Shown piece after piece: positions 1 through 11,878 of a DNA stretch of 64,000 nt. A program made the translations under genes and the position numbers. The DNA lies in NCBI GenBank assembly GCA_002269645.1, contig NIVC01000617.1, positions 186,001 through 250,000 of the forward strand, read 5' to 3'. Below the pieces are notes generated by a model. It saw only the letters and a list, made by a program, of their open reading frames with translations, did not search any database and was not told the origin of the DNA. The DNA is from Macrostomum lignano (lineage: Eukaryota). Numbering within the stretch: position 1 is the stretch's first letter; each line of letters opens with the position of its first letter.

Positions 1-913
1 GTTCAAATACAGACATCTGGGTTCAAATACAGACATCTGGGTTCAAATACAGACATCTTGGTTCAAATACAGACATCTTGGTTCAAATACAGACATCTGG
101 GTTCAAATACAGACATCTGGGTTCAAATACAGACATTTGGGTTCAAACACAGACATCTGGGTTCAAATACAGACATCTGGGTTCAAATACAGACATCTGG
201 GTTCAAATACAGACATCTGGGTTCAAATACAGACATCTGGGTTCAAATACAGACATCTGGGTTCAAATACAGACATCTGGGTTCAAATACAGACATCTGG
301 GTTCAAACACAGACATCTGGGTTCAAATACAGACATCTTTGTTTAAATACAGACATCTGGGTTCAAATACAGACATCTGGGTTCAAACACAGACATCTGG
401 GTTCAAATACAGACATCTGGGTTCAAATACAGACATCTGGGTTCAAACACAGACATCTGGGTTCAAATACAGACATCTGGGTTCAAACACAGACATCTGG
501 GTTCAAATACAGACATCTGGGTTCAAATACAGACATCTGGGTTCAAATACAGACATCTGGGTTCAAATACAGACATCTGGGTTCAAATACAGACATCTGG
601 GTTCAAATACAGACATCTGGGTTCAAATACAGACATCTTTGTTTAAATACAGACATCTTTGTTTAAATACAGACATCTGGGTTCAAATACAGACATCTGG
701 GTTCAAATACAGACATCTGGGTTCAAATACAGACATCTTTGTTTAAATACAGACATCTTTGTTTAAATACAGACATCTGGGTTCAAATACAGACATCTGG
801 GTTCAAATACAGACATCTGGGTTCAAATACAGACATCTGGGTTTAAATACAGACATCTGGGTTCAAATACAGACATCTGGGTTCAAATACAGACATCTGG
901 GTTTAAATACAGA
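1..913. repeat. 20-bp minisatellite (GTTCAAATACAGACATCTGG)n, about 45 copies, runs off the window edge
   Basis: Exact 20-nt periodicity is visible. The ORFs at 58-965 are translation artefacts of the repeat. Confidence 0.98.
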
Positions 914-1307
914 AATACTCGAACACGGTGACCAGTCTATTGTTCCTCTCACTATAAGGCAATAATCAAAGGATGATATAAAAGAAATCCCACAGACATT
1001 GCACAAGCAGCAAGGCTGCCACGCCCATAAAATTTATAACCTGGATTTGATGACGCACAGTTTTGTTATTAGCTGAGGGTTATTTTTGTGCCAACCCGTG
1101 AACCGGGTCTTCTGCACGCTCGCAGAAAGGGATGTTTGGCCAATGGGGTAGTTTGTACTTTTACTGTCAGATATGCGAAGCAATACAAATGCCACAGCTG
1201 GCTTTTGGGGATAATTAATTAGACAGAAGAATGTTGCAGAAATAATCTCCAATGCAGGTGTTCTTGAATAGGGAAATATATTTTAATTAATAGCTCAATG
1301 ATGTCTT

Positions 1308-1900
1308 ATTGGTATCTCATTCATATATCATTGGTATTTCATTGGTATCTCATTGGTATCTCATTCATATATCATTGGTATTTCATTGGTATCTCATTGG
1401 TATCTTATTCATATATCATTGGTATTTCATTGGTATCTCATTGGTATCTCATTCATATATCATTGGTATTTCATTGGTATCTCATTGGTATCTCATGCAT
1501 ATATCATTGGTATTTCATTGGTATCTCATTGGTATCTCATTCATATATCATTGGTATTTCATTGGTATCTCATTGGTATCTCATGCATATATCATTGGTA
1601 TTTCATTGGTATCTCATTGGTATCTCATTCATATATCATTGGTATTTCATTGGTATCTCGTTGGTATCTCATTCATATATCATTGGTATTTCATTGGTAT
1701 CTCATTGGTATCTCATTCATATATCATTGGTATTTCATTGACATCTCATTGATATCTCATCGGTATCCCATTGGTATCTCATTGACATCTCATTAGTATC
1801 TCATTGATATCTCATTGATATCTCATTGGTATCTCATTCATATACCATTGGTATCTCATTGATATCTCATTGGTGTTTCATTGACAACTCATGGGTGTCT
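1308..1900. repeat. 44-bp minisatellite built from ~11-bp CATTGGTAT subunits, decaying at the 3' end
   Basis: Period is 44 (identical ORF starts at 1309 and 1353). Confidence 0.95.
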
Positions 1901-2620
1901 CATTGATTTAATGACTAACTCAAAACAGAATGATGGCCTCAGTTTAGGTTGGAGACAAAATCCTTTGTTTCTAAGTTGTTTTATTGTGAATATCTATAAT
2001 TGCTCTGCCCACATATTGTGAACACGCAATCAAAGCAGACCCTCAGGCAAAACCTGGAAAACACCGACCAATGCCTGGTTTCTATCTGACAGGCAGTCAA
2101 AAGATAAAACGCGATTAAAGCAAACAGGAAATTGAAGCCTTGAGGCTCAGACGAATGACCTGAATACGGGATAAAAGAGGTAGCGGTGATTCTAGAGAAT
2201 AATTATTATCTGCAAATGATTGAACAACAACAACCGTGTGTACTGAAATGAAAGAAAGCCTCAGATGAAATGAAAAAATAAGGAAGGGCAAGACCAACTC
2301 GAACAGTTTAGATGAATAACAAAGTCGTAATTCAGCGCACACTTGTACTTTAACAAATAGTTAAATCTTTTTTTCAGATTGACAAAAATAGATTATTGTT
2401 GCGGAAATAAAACTCATGAGAATAGTCATGCGAATGTTGCCAGGCAGTTGGGCCTACTTAAGCGACAAAAATGTCATGACTGGGATACGGCAGCATTGCA
2501 GGGAAATCCTCACTTCCCCTTTCTGACAACTGACAATACAAGCTGGCAGGTAGAAGGAAAAGCATTTGACATTTTGACCAGGGAGAAAATTTTTTGAGAC
2601 CAATAAACTGAGTTACCGCT

Positions 2621-3212
<592 letters not shown>

Positions 3213-3539
3213 CTTACAGAGTCTTCAGTTTCTAAAGTATACACTTAAAAGACTAAACAAACAAAAAATAACTAATTCGCATCGAATAAATACACTCTAT
3301 AAAATACAATATAAAATTCTCTTTGTGGTCATTTTGTTTAATCGCGTGTGCATTTGTAGCAGCTACGAGTATATTGGATTTATATTGTAAGAACAATAAG
3401 ACAAAAGGAACGAGCGAACACTACACAGCATGCATTTTACGGCGACAATGCAGACAAAATCAATAGTAATGTTTCCACCTAGAGATAGATATTGATTCTC
3501 CTATATAAGCTGGTATTCGGGCATCTGAAAAGTCGATAC

Positions 3540-6500
3540 TCAAGCCCTCCCTCCACCAGGACCCTCGCCGCGGCCGCCGCCTGCGGCCCTGTTAGCGAAC
3601 GCCTTACGGACGTAGTGCTGAAACACCCTGCTGAGGCTCCAGTATAGAAAGGGGCAGAGGGCGCTGTGCAGATAGATGAGCGCCTGGCTGTATGGATAAA
3701 CAGCTAGCAGCGGGCTGCTCAAGTCCGACGGACTCTTCAGTATGAAGTCCTGCAGCAGGATGATCAGATCTTTCGGAAACCAGCAGCAGAAGAACAGCGT
3801 CACGAGCACGACAACCGTTTTCACTGTGCGTTTCTGCAGCTTCCTAGTTTGATAGGCCGGCGACCTGGACGATGCCAGAGTGTTGAGCTGTCGGCTGCCA
3901 CTCAGACGGCTGCCACCGGCCATCAGGCGAGCCGTGGCCATCACGGACGTCTGATTGGTGGTCAGCGGCGGCTCGACTCCCGGCAGTTCGACGGCTTCAG
4001 CTCCCTCCTCCGCCCCGGCCGCTTCCCGTTGTTGGCTTCTTGTTGTGGGATTCTTAGTCAGCCTGGTGAACTGCCGGGAGATGAAGCGGGCAGTGAAGCC
4101 GTAGGAGAAAGTCAGCACGATGCAGGGAGACAGGAACAGAATGAGCAGCAAGTAGGCTGAGTAGGCCTTCTGTCCGGCCGAGTTGCTGCGGTCTTCCGAG
4201 CACACGAAGTAGACTCGATCTGTGGCATTCTTGCCTACTCCAGGAATCGGCACTTCCGCCAATTTGAAAGCAAACAGAGCCGGAAGTGAGACTACGAGAG
4301 CGCTTAGCCAGGTGCCGGCTACCAGGATGCGAAGTCCTCGAGTCGAAGTCTGAGTTGGCGGAATCATTAGGGCGCTTTGGCGAGCGCGAAGGATGGCGAT
4401 GGAGGCCAGGGAGAAACTGTTGACGCTGAGAGCCAAGCCTGAGGGGGGGTGAGGATTGGCTTCTGAAGTGGTGCCTCATCGGGTCTAGATCTATTATAAG
4501 TGGCACATCATCGGGTCTAGATCTATTATAAGTGGCACATCATCGGGTCTAGATCTATTATAAGTGGCACATCATCGGGTCTAGATCTATTATAAGTGGC
4601 ACATCATCGGGTCTAGATCTAATAGAAGTGGCACCTCATCGGGTCTAGATCTACTATAAGTGGCACATCATCGGGTCTAGATCTAATAGAAGTGGCACAT
4701 CATCGGATCTAGATCTAATAGAAGTGGCACATCATCGGGTCTAGATCTAATAGAAGTGGCACATCATCGGGTCTAGATCTAATAGAAGTGGCACATCATC
4801 GGGTCTAGATCTAATATGAATGGCACATCATCGGGTCTAGATCTAATATGAATGGCACATCATCGGGTCTAGATCTAATATGAATGGCACCTCATCGGGT
4901 CTAGATCTACTATAAGTGGCACATCATCGGGTCTAGATCTAATAGAAGTGGCACATCATCGGATCTAGATCTAATAGAAGTGGCACATCATCGGGTCTAG
5001 ATCTAATAGAAGTGGCACATCATCGGGTCTAGATCTAATAGAAGTGGCACATCATCGGGTCTAGATCTAATATGAATGGCACATCATCGGGTCTAGATCT
5101 AATATGAATGGCACATCATCGGGTCTAGATCTAATATGAATGGCACATCATCGGGTCTATATCTAATAGAAGTGGCACATCATCGGGTCTAGATCTAATA
5201 GAAGTGGCACATCATCGGGTCTAGATCTAATAGAAGTGGCACATCATCGGGTCTAGATCTAATATAAGTGGCACATCATCGGGTCTAAATCTAATAAGTG
5301 GTCCCTTACCGAGCCTGGCTCAACCTGCAAAAACAATTCAAGCAAGATTAACGCGCGAAGGACCAAGAAACCGACCTTGTTAAATATTTAGCTGACTTCT
5401 CCGGTTCCAGATGGTTCAGTAGCAGTCAGGGTAAAATGAAAACTAATTACCTTAGGAGGCTGCTTTATTTGTCATGATGAAGACAGGTGTGAAAGTTTTT
5501 TTCTCTAGACAGTGTCTGACTAATGGCTCTGCAATTAATCATCTGTTGTCGCCCGGTAGATACTTTTAGCCAGATCCCATCTCACTTAAATCTTTTAGCA
5601 TCGAAGACTCAACGTGAAAATTAGTTAGCTAAAATCTATAATGCAAAGCGAAGATTTGTGCTTTGCACTGAAATTTTTCAGAAAATTGGACTATATACTC
5701 GTGGGTTTAAAAAATATGGGTTTTGACTTCTCAGCCTTGAACTCTCAGCAATTCCCCCTGTAAGCCCTGAACTCTCAGCAATTCCCCCAGTAAGCCTTGA
5801 AATGTCAGCAATTCCCCCAGTAAGCCTTGAAATGTCAGCAATTCCCCCAGTAATCCTTGAAATCTCACCAATTCCCCCAGTAAGCCTTTAAATCTCACCA
5901 ATTCCCTCAGTAAGCCTTTAAATCTCACCAATGCCCCCCAGTAAGCATTTAAATCTCACCAATGCCCCCAGTAAGCCTTTAAATCTCACCAATGCCCCCA
6001 GTAAGCCTTTAAATCTCACCAATGCCCCCAGTAAACCTTGATATCTTAGCAATTCCCCCTGTAAGCCCTGAACTCTCAGCAATTCCCCCCAGTAAGCCTT
6101 TAAATCTCACCAATTCCCCCAGTAAGCCTTGAAATTTCAGCAATTCCCCCAGTAAGCCTTGAAATCTCAGCAATTCCCCCCAGTAAGCCTTGAACTCTCA
6201 GCAATTCCCCCCATTAAGCCTTGAAATCTCAGCAATTCCCCCCAGTAAGCCTTGACATCTCAGCAATTCCCCCCAGTAAGCCTTGACATCTCAGCAATTC
6301 CCCCTGTAAGCCCTGAACTCTCAGCAATTCCCCCCAGTAAGCCTTTAAATCTCACCAATTCCCCCAGTAAGCCTTTAAATCTTACCAATGCCCCCAGTAA
6401 GCCTTTAAATCTCAGCAATTCCCCCAGTAAGCCTTGACATCTTAACAATTCCCCCAATGAATGTTTTCATGTTCTACGGCTCGTTCATGTTCTTTTGTTG

Positions 6501-7128
6501 TTTTGGAAATAATGCTTCTTTTGTTTCACTTTTTGGCCTTTACAGTGCATTCCAGTGCAGCGAAACAATGCATACCGTACAACAACATTATTAATTAAAA
6601 ATAAACATTCGCAGGACATAACACCTTCGAAGACATCGTCCCGCAATCTGGCCTGACGGCAATTCTGCCCAGACCGCTGACTCCTGAGAACATGCAAGCC
6701 CGCCAATACTGTACGCAGTCACTCACTCATTCAACACGCTCACGCAAGGTGTACAGAGATCCTTTTTTGAATTTCTAATTCAAGCCTCCCAGTCTACCTT
6801 CAATGAAGCTGACCAGCCGGCATCCTGCCAGACCGAAGCGCCAAGTCGTGTAGAACACTTTCACGGTAGACACTGGCAGGCAGGTACACGTGACCAGCAG
6901 GTTGGAGCCCGCCAAGCTCATCATGATGTACGATATGTGCCGTCGTAGTCCTCGATAGCGGAAGCTCAGAAACAGGAAGAAGCCGTTTCCGCATAGAGAC
7001 AGCAGGGCAATGACAGAGTAGATGGACACCAGTGCGACATCGGATCCATTCAACACTCTGCGCCCGTAGATTTGGTCGTGCAGCATGTCCATGAGCAGTT
7101 GCTGGGTGAAGTTCTGATCGGGCTCCAT
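3540..7128 (-). CDS. Rhodopsin-class (class A) GPCR, neuropeptide-receptor-like, about 409 aa; coding exons 7128-6798 and 4438-3540
   Basis: Seven hydrophobic segments with class A landmarks: TM1 CGN, TM2 LAGSNLL..LP, ECL1 WRFG..GC, TM4 W..S...SLP, ECL2 Cys, TM6 FFCCWFP, TM7 SALCPFLY. Donor GAAG|GTAGA at 6797 and acceptor ctcag|GC at 4439 join in phase (331+899 nt) to give FIEG-LALSV. The ATG at 7128 has good context (AGCATGG) and lies after an acceptor (aattttcag at 7162). N-terminal NFT and NGS sequons. A longer start at 7185 is possible. Confidence 0.9.
4477..5300. repeat. 32-bp intronic minisatellite (GTGGCACATCATCGGGTCTAGATCTAATAGAA)n
   Basis: Period 32, about 25 copies, inside the GPCR intron. 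Confidence 0.97.
5731..6457. repeat. ~30-bp intronic minisatellite (TAAGCCTTGAAATCTCAGCAATTCCCCCAG)n
   Basis: About 24 variant copies inside the GPCR intron. Confidence 0.96.
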
Positions 7129-7199
7129 GCTCTCTGAATTGCAGTTTGATTGTGTTAACAACTGAAAATTGGAGTTGGAGTTCATGTAAAAATGTCCGA

Positions 7200-8040
7200 A
7201 ATTGGGTGCCACCTACTGTCTTAAATTAGGCGAAATTTTCTCAAATATAGGGCGCCTCTGTCTTAAATTGGGCGCCATTGTCTTAACTTGGGCGCCAAGT
7301 CTTAAATTAGGCGCCACTGTCTTAAATTTGGCGCCACTGTCTAAAGTTTGGCGCCACTGTCTAAAATTGGGCGCCACTGTCTTAAATTTGGCGCCACTGT
7401 CTAAAATTGGGCGCCACTGTCTTAAATTGGGCGCCACTGTCTTAAATTTGGCGCCACTGTTTTTAATTGTCTTAAATTGGGCGCCATTGTCTTAAATTGG
7501 GCGCCACTGTCTTAAATTGGGTGCCCCTGATAGATGATAGATAGATAGTCTTAAATTGGGCGCCACTGTCTTAAATTTGGCGCCACTGTCTAAAATTTGG
7601 CGCCACTGTCTAAAATTTGGCGCCACTGTCTTAAATTGTCTTAAATTGGGCGCCATTGTCTTAAATTGGGCGCCATTATCTTAACTTAGGCGCCATTGTC
7701 TTAAATTGAAATTGAGAGCCATTGTCTCAAATTGGGCGCCATTGTCTTAAATTCTCCTAAATTGGACGCCATTGTATTGGGCGCCATCGTATTAGATTAA
7801 GCGCCATTGTATTAAATTGGGAGCCATTGTCTGAAATTGGGAGCCATTGTCTCAAATTGGGCGCCATTGTCTTAAATTGTCCTAAATTGGACGCCATTGT
7901 ATTAAATTAAGCGCCATTGTAATAAATTGGGCGCCATCGTATTAAATTAAGCGCCATTGTATGAAATTGGACAAAACTTTCTCAAATATAGGGTGCCTCT
8001 GTCTTGAATTACGCGCCACTGTCCTGAATTGAGCGCTATT
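7200..8040. repeat. 20-21-bp minisatellite (GTCTTAAATTGGGCGCCACT)n, degenerate
   Basis: Direct periodicity; lies in the presumed GPCR 5'UTR intron. Confidence 0.93.
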
Positions 8041-8300
8041 AGAAGCCTGAGTCTAAAAGAACACCAGCTACAAGCAGCCAAATGCATTGTACATCTCAAG
8101 TTGAACGTGATAAGAAAACGAGAGACTAAAATTCTTTAAAAAAATAGAATCCCGCACACTTGGACAGCCTCTACTTTACTATGCAGCGAAGCAATCATCT
8201 TCACCTTTTCTTACTCTCTCTCTCCAGCTTCCTTCCTTCTGGATAAGCGATTTTTTAGCAACCTTTCACCTGTCAATCAAAAAAGCGCAGATGAAAAATT

Positions 8301-8363
8301 TGCTTACCTTAAACCGCGAACCGGGCTTATAGCAGTTGGATAAATTCGACAGGCGTTTTATAT
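8301..8363 (-). promoter_or_regulatory. Candidate TATA box and short first (non-coding) exon of the GPCR
   Basis: Minus-strand TATAAAA near 8362-8356, then a consensus donor AAG|GTAAGC at 8307. It could splice to the acceptor at 7162. Motif evidence only. Confidence 0.4.
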
Positions 8364-8720
8364 GCGCCAGATTGCTGCCCTAGCGACTTCTTATGTAAGG
8401 GCGGAGGCGGCTTGTTGGTTGTGCATGGGGTGTGCGTGCAGCCTAGACAAGGACCTCTATCTCTCTATCGCCATTGGCTGAGATCGCTTCTAATCCATTC
8501 TCATTACCTGCCATTAAACCCGCTGCTGTAGCTGTTTAGCGGGAGTAATATCGATTTATGCATGTGGCTCGTGTTTATGCTTTATAATGGGCCTGTCTAT
8601 AATACGGTCCTTATGTCTCAGTTCGCACAGATATTCAAGTTAGAGCCATTTTGCAGCATTTTGTGGATTACTAAAAGTGAACATGTGGACTGCTTCCCCC
8701 CTTAGTTACGAGTATTTTAC

Positions 8721-8989
8721 CAGTCCTTGGAGCTGCACCAGATGCAGTGGAGATAATCATGCTTCCCAGTGGTTATTTAGCAGTCCTTGGAGCTGCACCC
8801 AATGCAGTGGAGATAATCATGCTTCCCAGTGGTTATTTAGCAGTCCTTGGAGCTGCACCCAATGCAATGGAGATAATCATGCTTCCCAGTGGTTATTTAG
8901 CAGTCCTTGGAGCTGCACCCAATGCAATGGAGATAATCATGCTTCCCAGTGGTTATTTAGCAGTCCTTGGAGCTGCACCAAATGCAGTG
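8721..8989. repeat. 60-bp tandem repeat, about 4.5 near-identical copies
   Basis: Successive 60-nt lines are nearly identical. Confidence 0.96.
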
Positions 8990-9711
8990 AGTGGAGACAA
9001 TAACTCTGCCCGTTAGTTGTTGTCACAAAAATAATTGAAGGCGATTTGCTCTCGTCAGATGAAAGTAGTCCATGGCATCGAATTTTAATCAAATTAATCA
9101 AAAATAATTCTCTTCTTTTAATTACTTTGCTCAAATAATTGCTTCGAAAGGTGAGAAACAAAGGAGCGGCTACAAAGCTCTTTGTCCTTTGGCATTATCG
9201 AAAAACTAAGAGGACTCTGTGTCTCTGACGCACGCGATGCAGCATCTCGAAATTACAGTTGGGACCCTTGGGAGGGCACGCGAGCACGGCAGAAGACGGC
9301 TAGCCCTGACAAGTCCAAGTAAACACCCCACTACACCCGCTACACCTGACCAAGAAAGACTTCCATGACTACTGAAGTGCAAGCGGCACTCTTAAAGCTG
9401 GAATGGTGCGGGATAGCCAGGTTACTAGCTATAGCTATGGTATAGTTTTGCCAGAAAAATTATTAACTAGCTTCTATTCATCATGTGTTTCCAATCTATT
9501 TTTATAGACTGCAAACATATCAAATATTATCATGCAGCTATATATAGATTACATATTGATAATCATTCTCATGTTTTCCTGATGAAAACTGACCTGCTGC
9601 TGCTCAGTTGACTCGGAGCTCGCTGAATAAATACAGGGACTCATCAGAGCAATATATATGAAACAGAAGCGCACTGAAAGCGACTGAAAAGACAGTTAGT
9701 TAGACAGACAC

Positions 9712-10068
<357 letters not shown>

Positions 10069-10472
10069 TATGATTTATGAGTACTTGTTTCCAGCTGAAC
10101 CTCACGAACAGCAGCCACAGTACTCCACAGCAACAGCCGTGTACATGTACATGTATGCTATCATGTTTCCCTTCTAACTCCGGACCTGCAGTGCGAGCGG
10201 CAGTCGGCACACAGAAAGCTATAATTATTTACATTGCCGGCGCCTAGGCAGCGACTTGTCCATAAAACGAACTGCATGGCAACTCTAAAATTATCTGCTT
10301 GCTACGAACGTAAGAACAGCATGGGACGAACGGCAGTTAATTAGTGGGATCGCTCGTCTTCTGTGGATCATTTGCTAGTGCTACTACGAGCTCGTAGATG
10401 CTGAAGTATAGCAATTTATTAGGTTGTGCAATACATACAGTATTCGACTTTCTTTAATCCGTTATTGGTACA

Positions 10473-10795
10473 TGACTGACTGACTGACTGACTGACTGAC
10501 TGACTGACTGACTGACTGACTGACTGACTGACTGACTGACTGACTGACTGACTGACTGACTGACTGACTGACTGACTGACTGACTGACTGACTGACTGAC
10601 TGACTGACTGACTGACTGACTGACTGACTGACTGACTGACTGACTGACTGACTGACTGACTGACTGACTGACTGACTGACTGACTGACTGACTGACTGAC
10701 TGACTGACTGACTGACTGACTGACTGACTGACTGACTGACTGACTGACTGACTGACTGACTGACTGACTGACTCACTCACTCACTCACTCACACA
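10473..10795. repeat. (TGAC)n microsatellite grading into (TCAC)n
   Basis: Direct observation. Confidence 0.98.
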
Positions 10796-11266
10796 GTCAC
10801 TTACTCCACTGAAATATTGAAGGTCATACTTTTAAGTTCTTGGAAATACAGAGTCACTAAATCAAGTTGAGTTCAATGCGAGAAAAAATCATAGAATGAC
10901 TTCACCAAAATTCTTTGTAAAAAGGTATTGATTTTATTCGAGAATATTTTCTCTCGGACGCAATTTTTGGATTGTGAAAAAATGCAAAGCATTTCAATCG
11001 TCCACTATAAACTGCATTCATTTGGGTATCGCTTTTTCGGGAGGATAAATATAGGACTCAGCGTCGGCGGAAGTGAGAACCGAGACCTGTTGGTTAATCC
11101 CATAGAAAGCATCGGATATTAAAAGCAAGATTTTAAGGATTTATTACAATCATTGAAAAATAATCAGCCAGATGGAAATTAATCCGACGAGTTTTTGTCA
11201 CTCCAAAGATATAAATAGAACATCTAACATCTAACATAATTTGCTAGTTCAACAACAACAGCAACA

Positions 11267-11327
11267 CTCGTCCCATTCTCCAAGGGCCTCATCGCGGCGG
11301 ACGTGGGATAACTCGAACGCTTGGAGA
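11267..11327 (+). ncRNA. Candidate HDV-like self-cleaving ribozyme at the 5' end of the Ingi-like element
   Basis: Nested double-pseudoknot pairings found by eye: P1 CTCGTCC/GGACGTG, P2 TCTCCAAG/CTTGGAGA, P3 GCC/GGC, L3 TCATCGC, J4/2 CGAA. P4 is vestigial. It starts at the first base after the TSD. Confidence 0.6.
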
Positions 11328-11436
11328 TACCCGGAACATCATCATTTCCATCATCGTGCGGAGTGGACGTGGAGTACAGCCAGACTGGGTACCAACCGCC
11401 CCCCCGGAGCTCGGGAGACGGGAGGGTCGTGTCGAA

Positions 11437-11479
11437 GATCTGCTTAGAGATGGCGACATAGAGCCTAAGCCAAGGGCCC
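11437..11479 (+). other. Degenerate 2A (StopGo) motif DLLRDGDIEP[K]P-(+1 nt)-GP
   Basis: GAT GGC GAC ATA GAG CCT AAG CCA A GGG CCC TGT matches D(V/I)ExNPGP except for N>K and one extra A at 11473. GP is in frame with PHD1. Confidence 0.75.
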
Positions 11480-11878
11480 TGTGGCAGATGCGCTTGTAAA
11501 ATCGTCAGGGGACAAAACCCAGTGTCCTACTCATGCTGTGGCACTGAAGTGCATGGCAGCTGCACGGGCCTCACGAGAGCCGGTCAGAACAAGGCCAGAG
11601 AGGGCCTGAAGGCCTGGCAGTGCGGGAACTGCGTGCAACTTGAGGAATGGAGCACTGCCGAAACTCAACACTACAACGAAAGAAGAAGCCGGAGCATCAA
11701 AGAAATTGAAAAAGGCTACCTCTGCGCTAAACACGACTGCAGGGGCAAAGTAAAAATCACCAAAATCATCGCCAGGTGCAGAAAGTGCGACAACATCTTT
11801 CACAACAAATGCGCCGGAGTCAGTCGCGCTCAGCTGGAAAGAGAGATCAAGCAAGGACTCTGGAGCTGCAGCGACTGC
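11480..11878 (+). pseudogene. Two tandem PHD-type (C4HC3) fingers at the N-terminus of the retrotransposon ORF
   Basis: CGRC...SCC...HGSC...WQCGNC (11480-11632, one Cys apparently lost) and CAKHDC...CRKC...HNKC...WSCSDC (11723-11878). Confidence 0.8.

Noticed and set aside
1-965. Long ORFs and a CRISPR-like look in the 20-bp array
   Set aside because: Pure tandem repeat with no unique spacers and no cas genes; the ORFs are stop-free by repetition.
2376-2607. Possible plus-strand terminal exon (acceptor at 2377, AATAAA at 2602)
   Set aside because: The 72-aa ORF has no recognisable homology and no partner exons; too weak to call.
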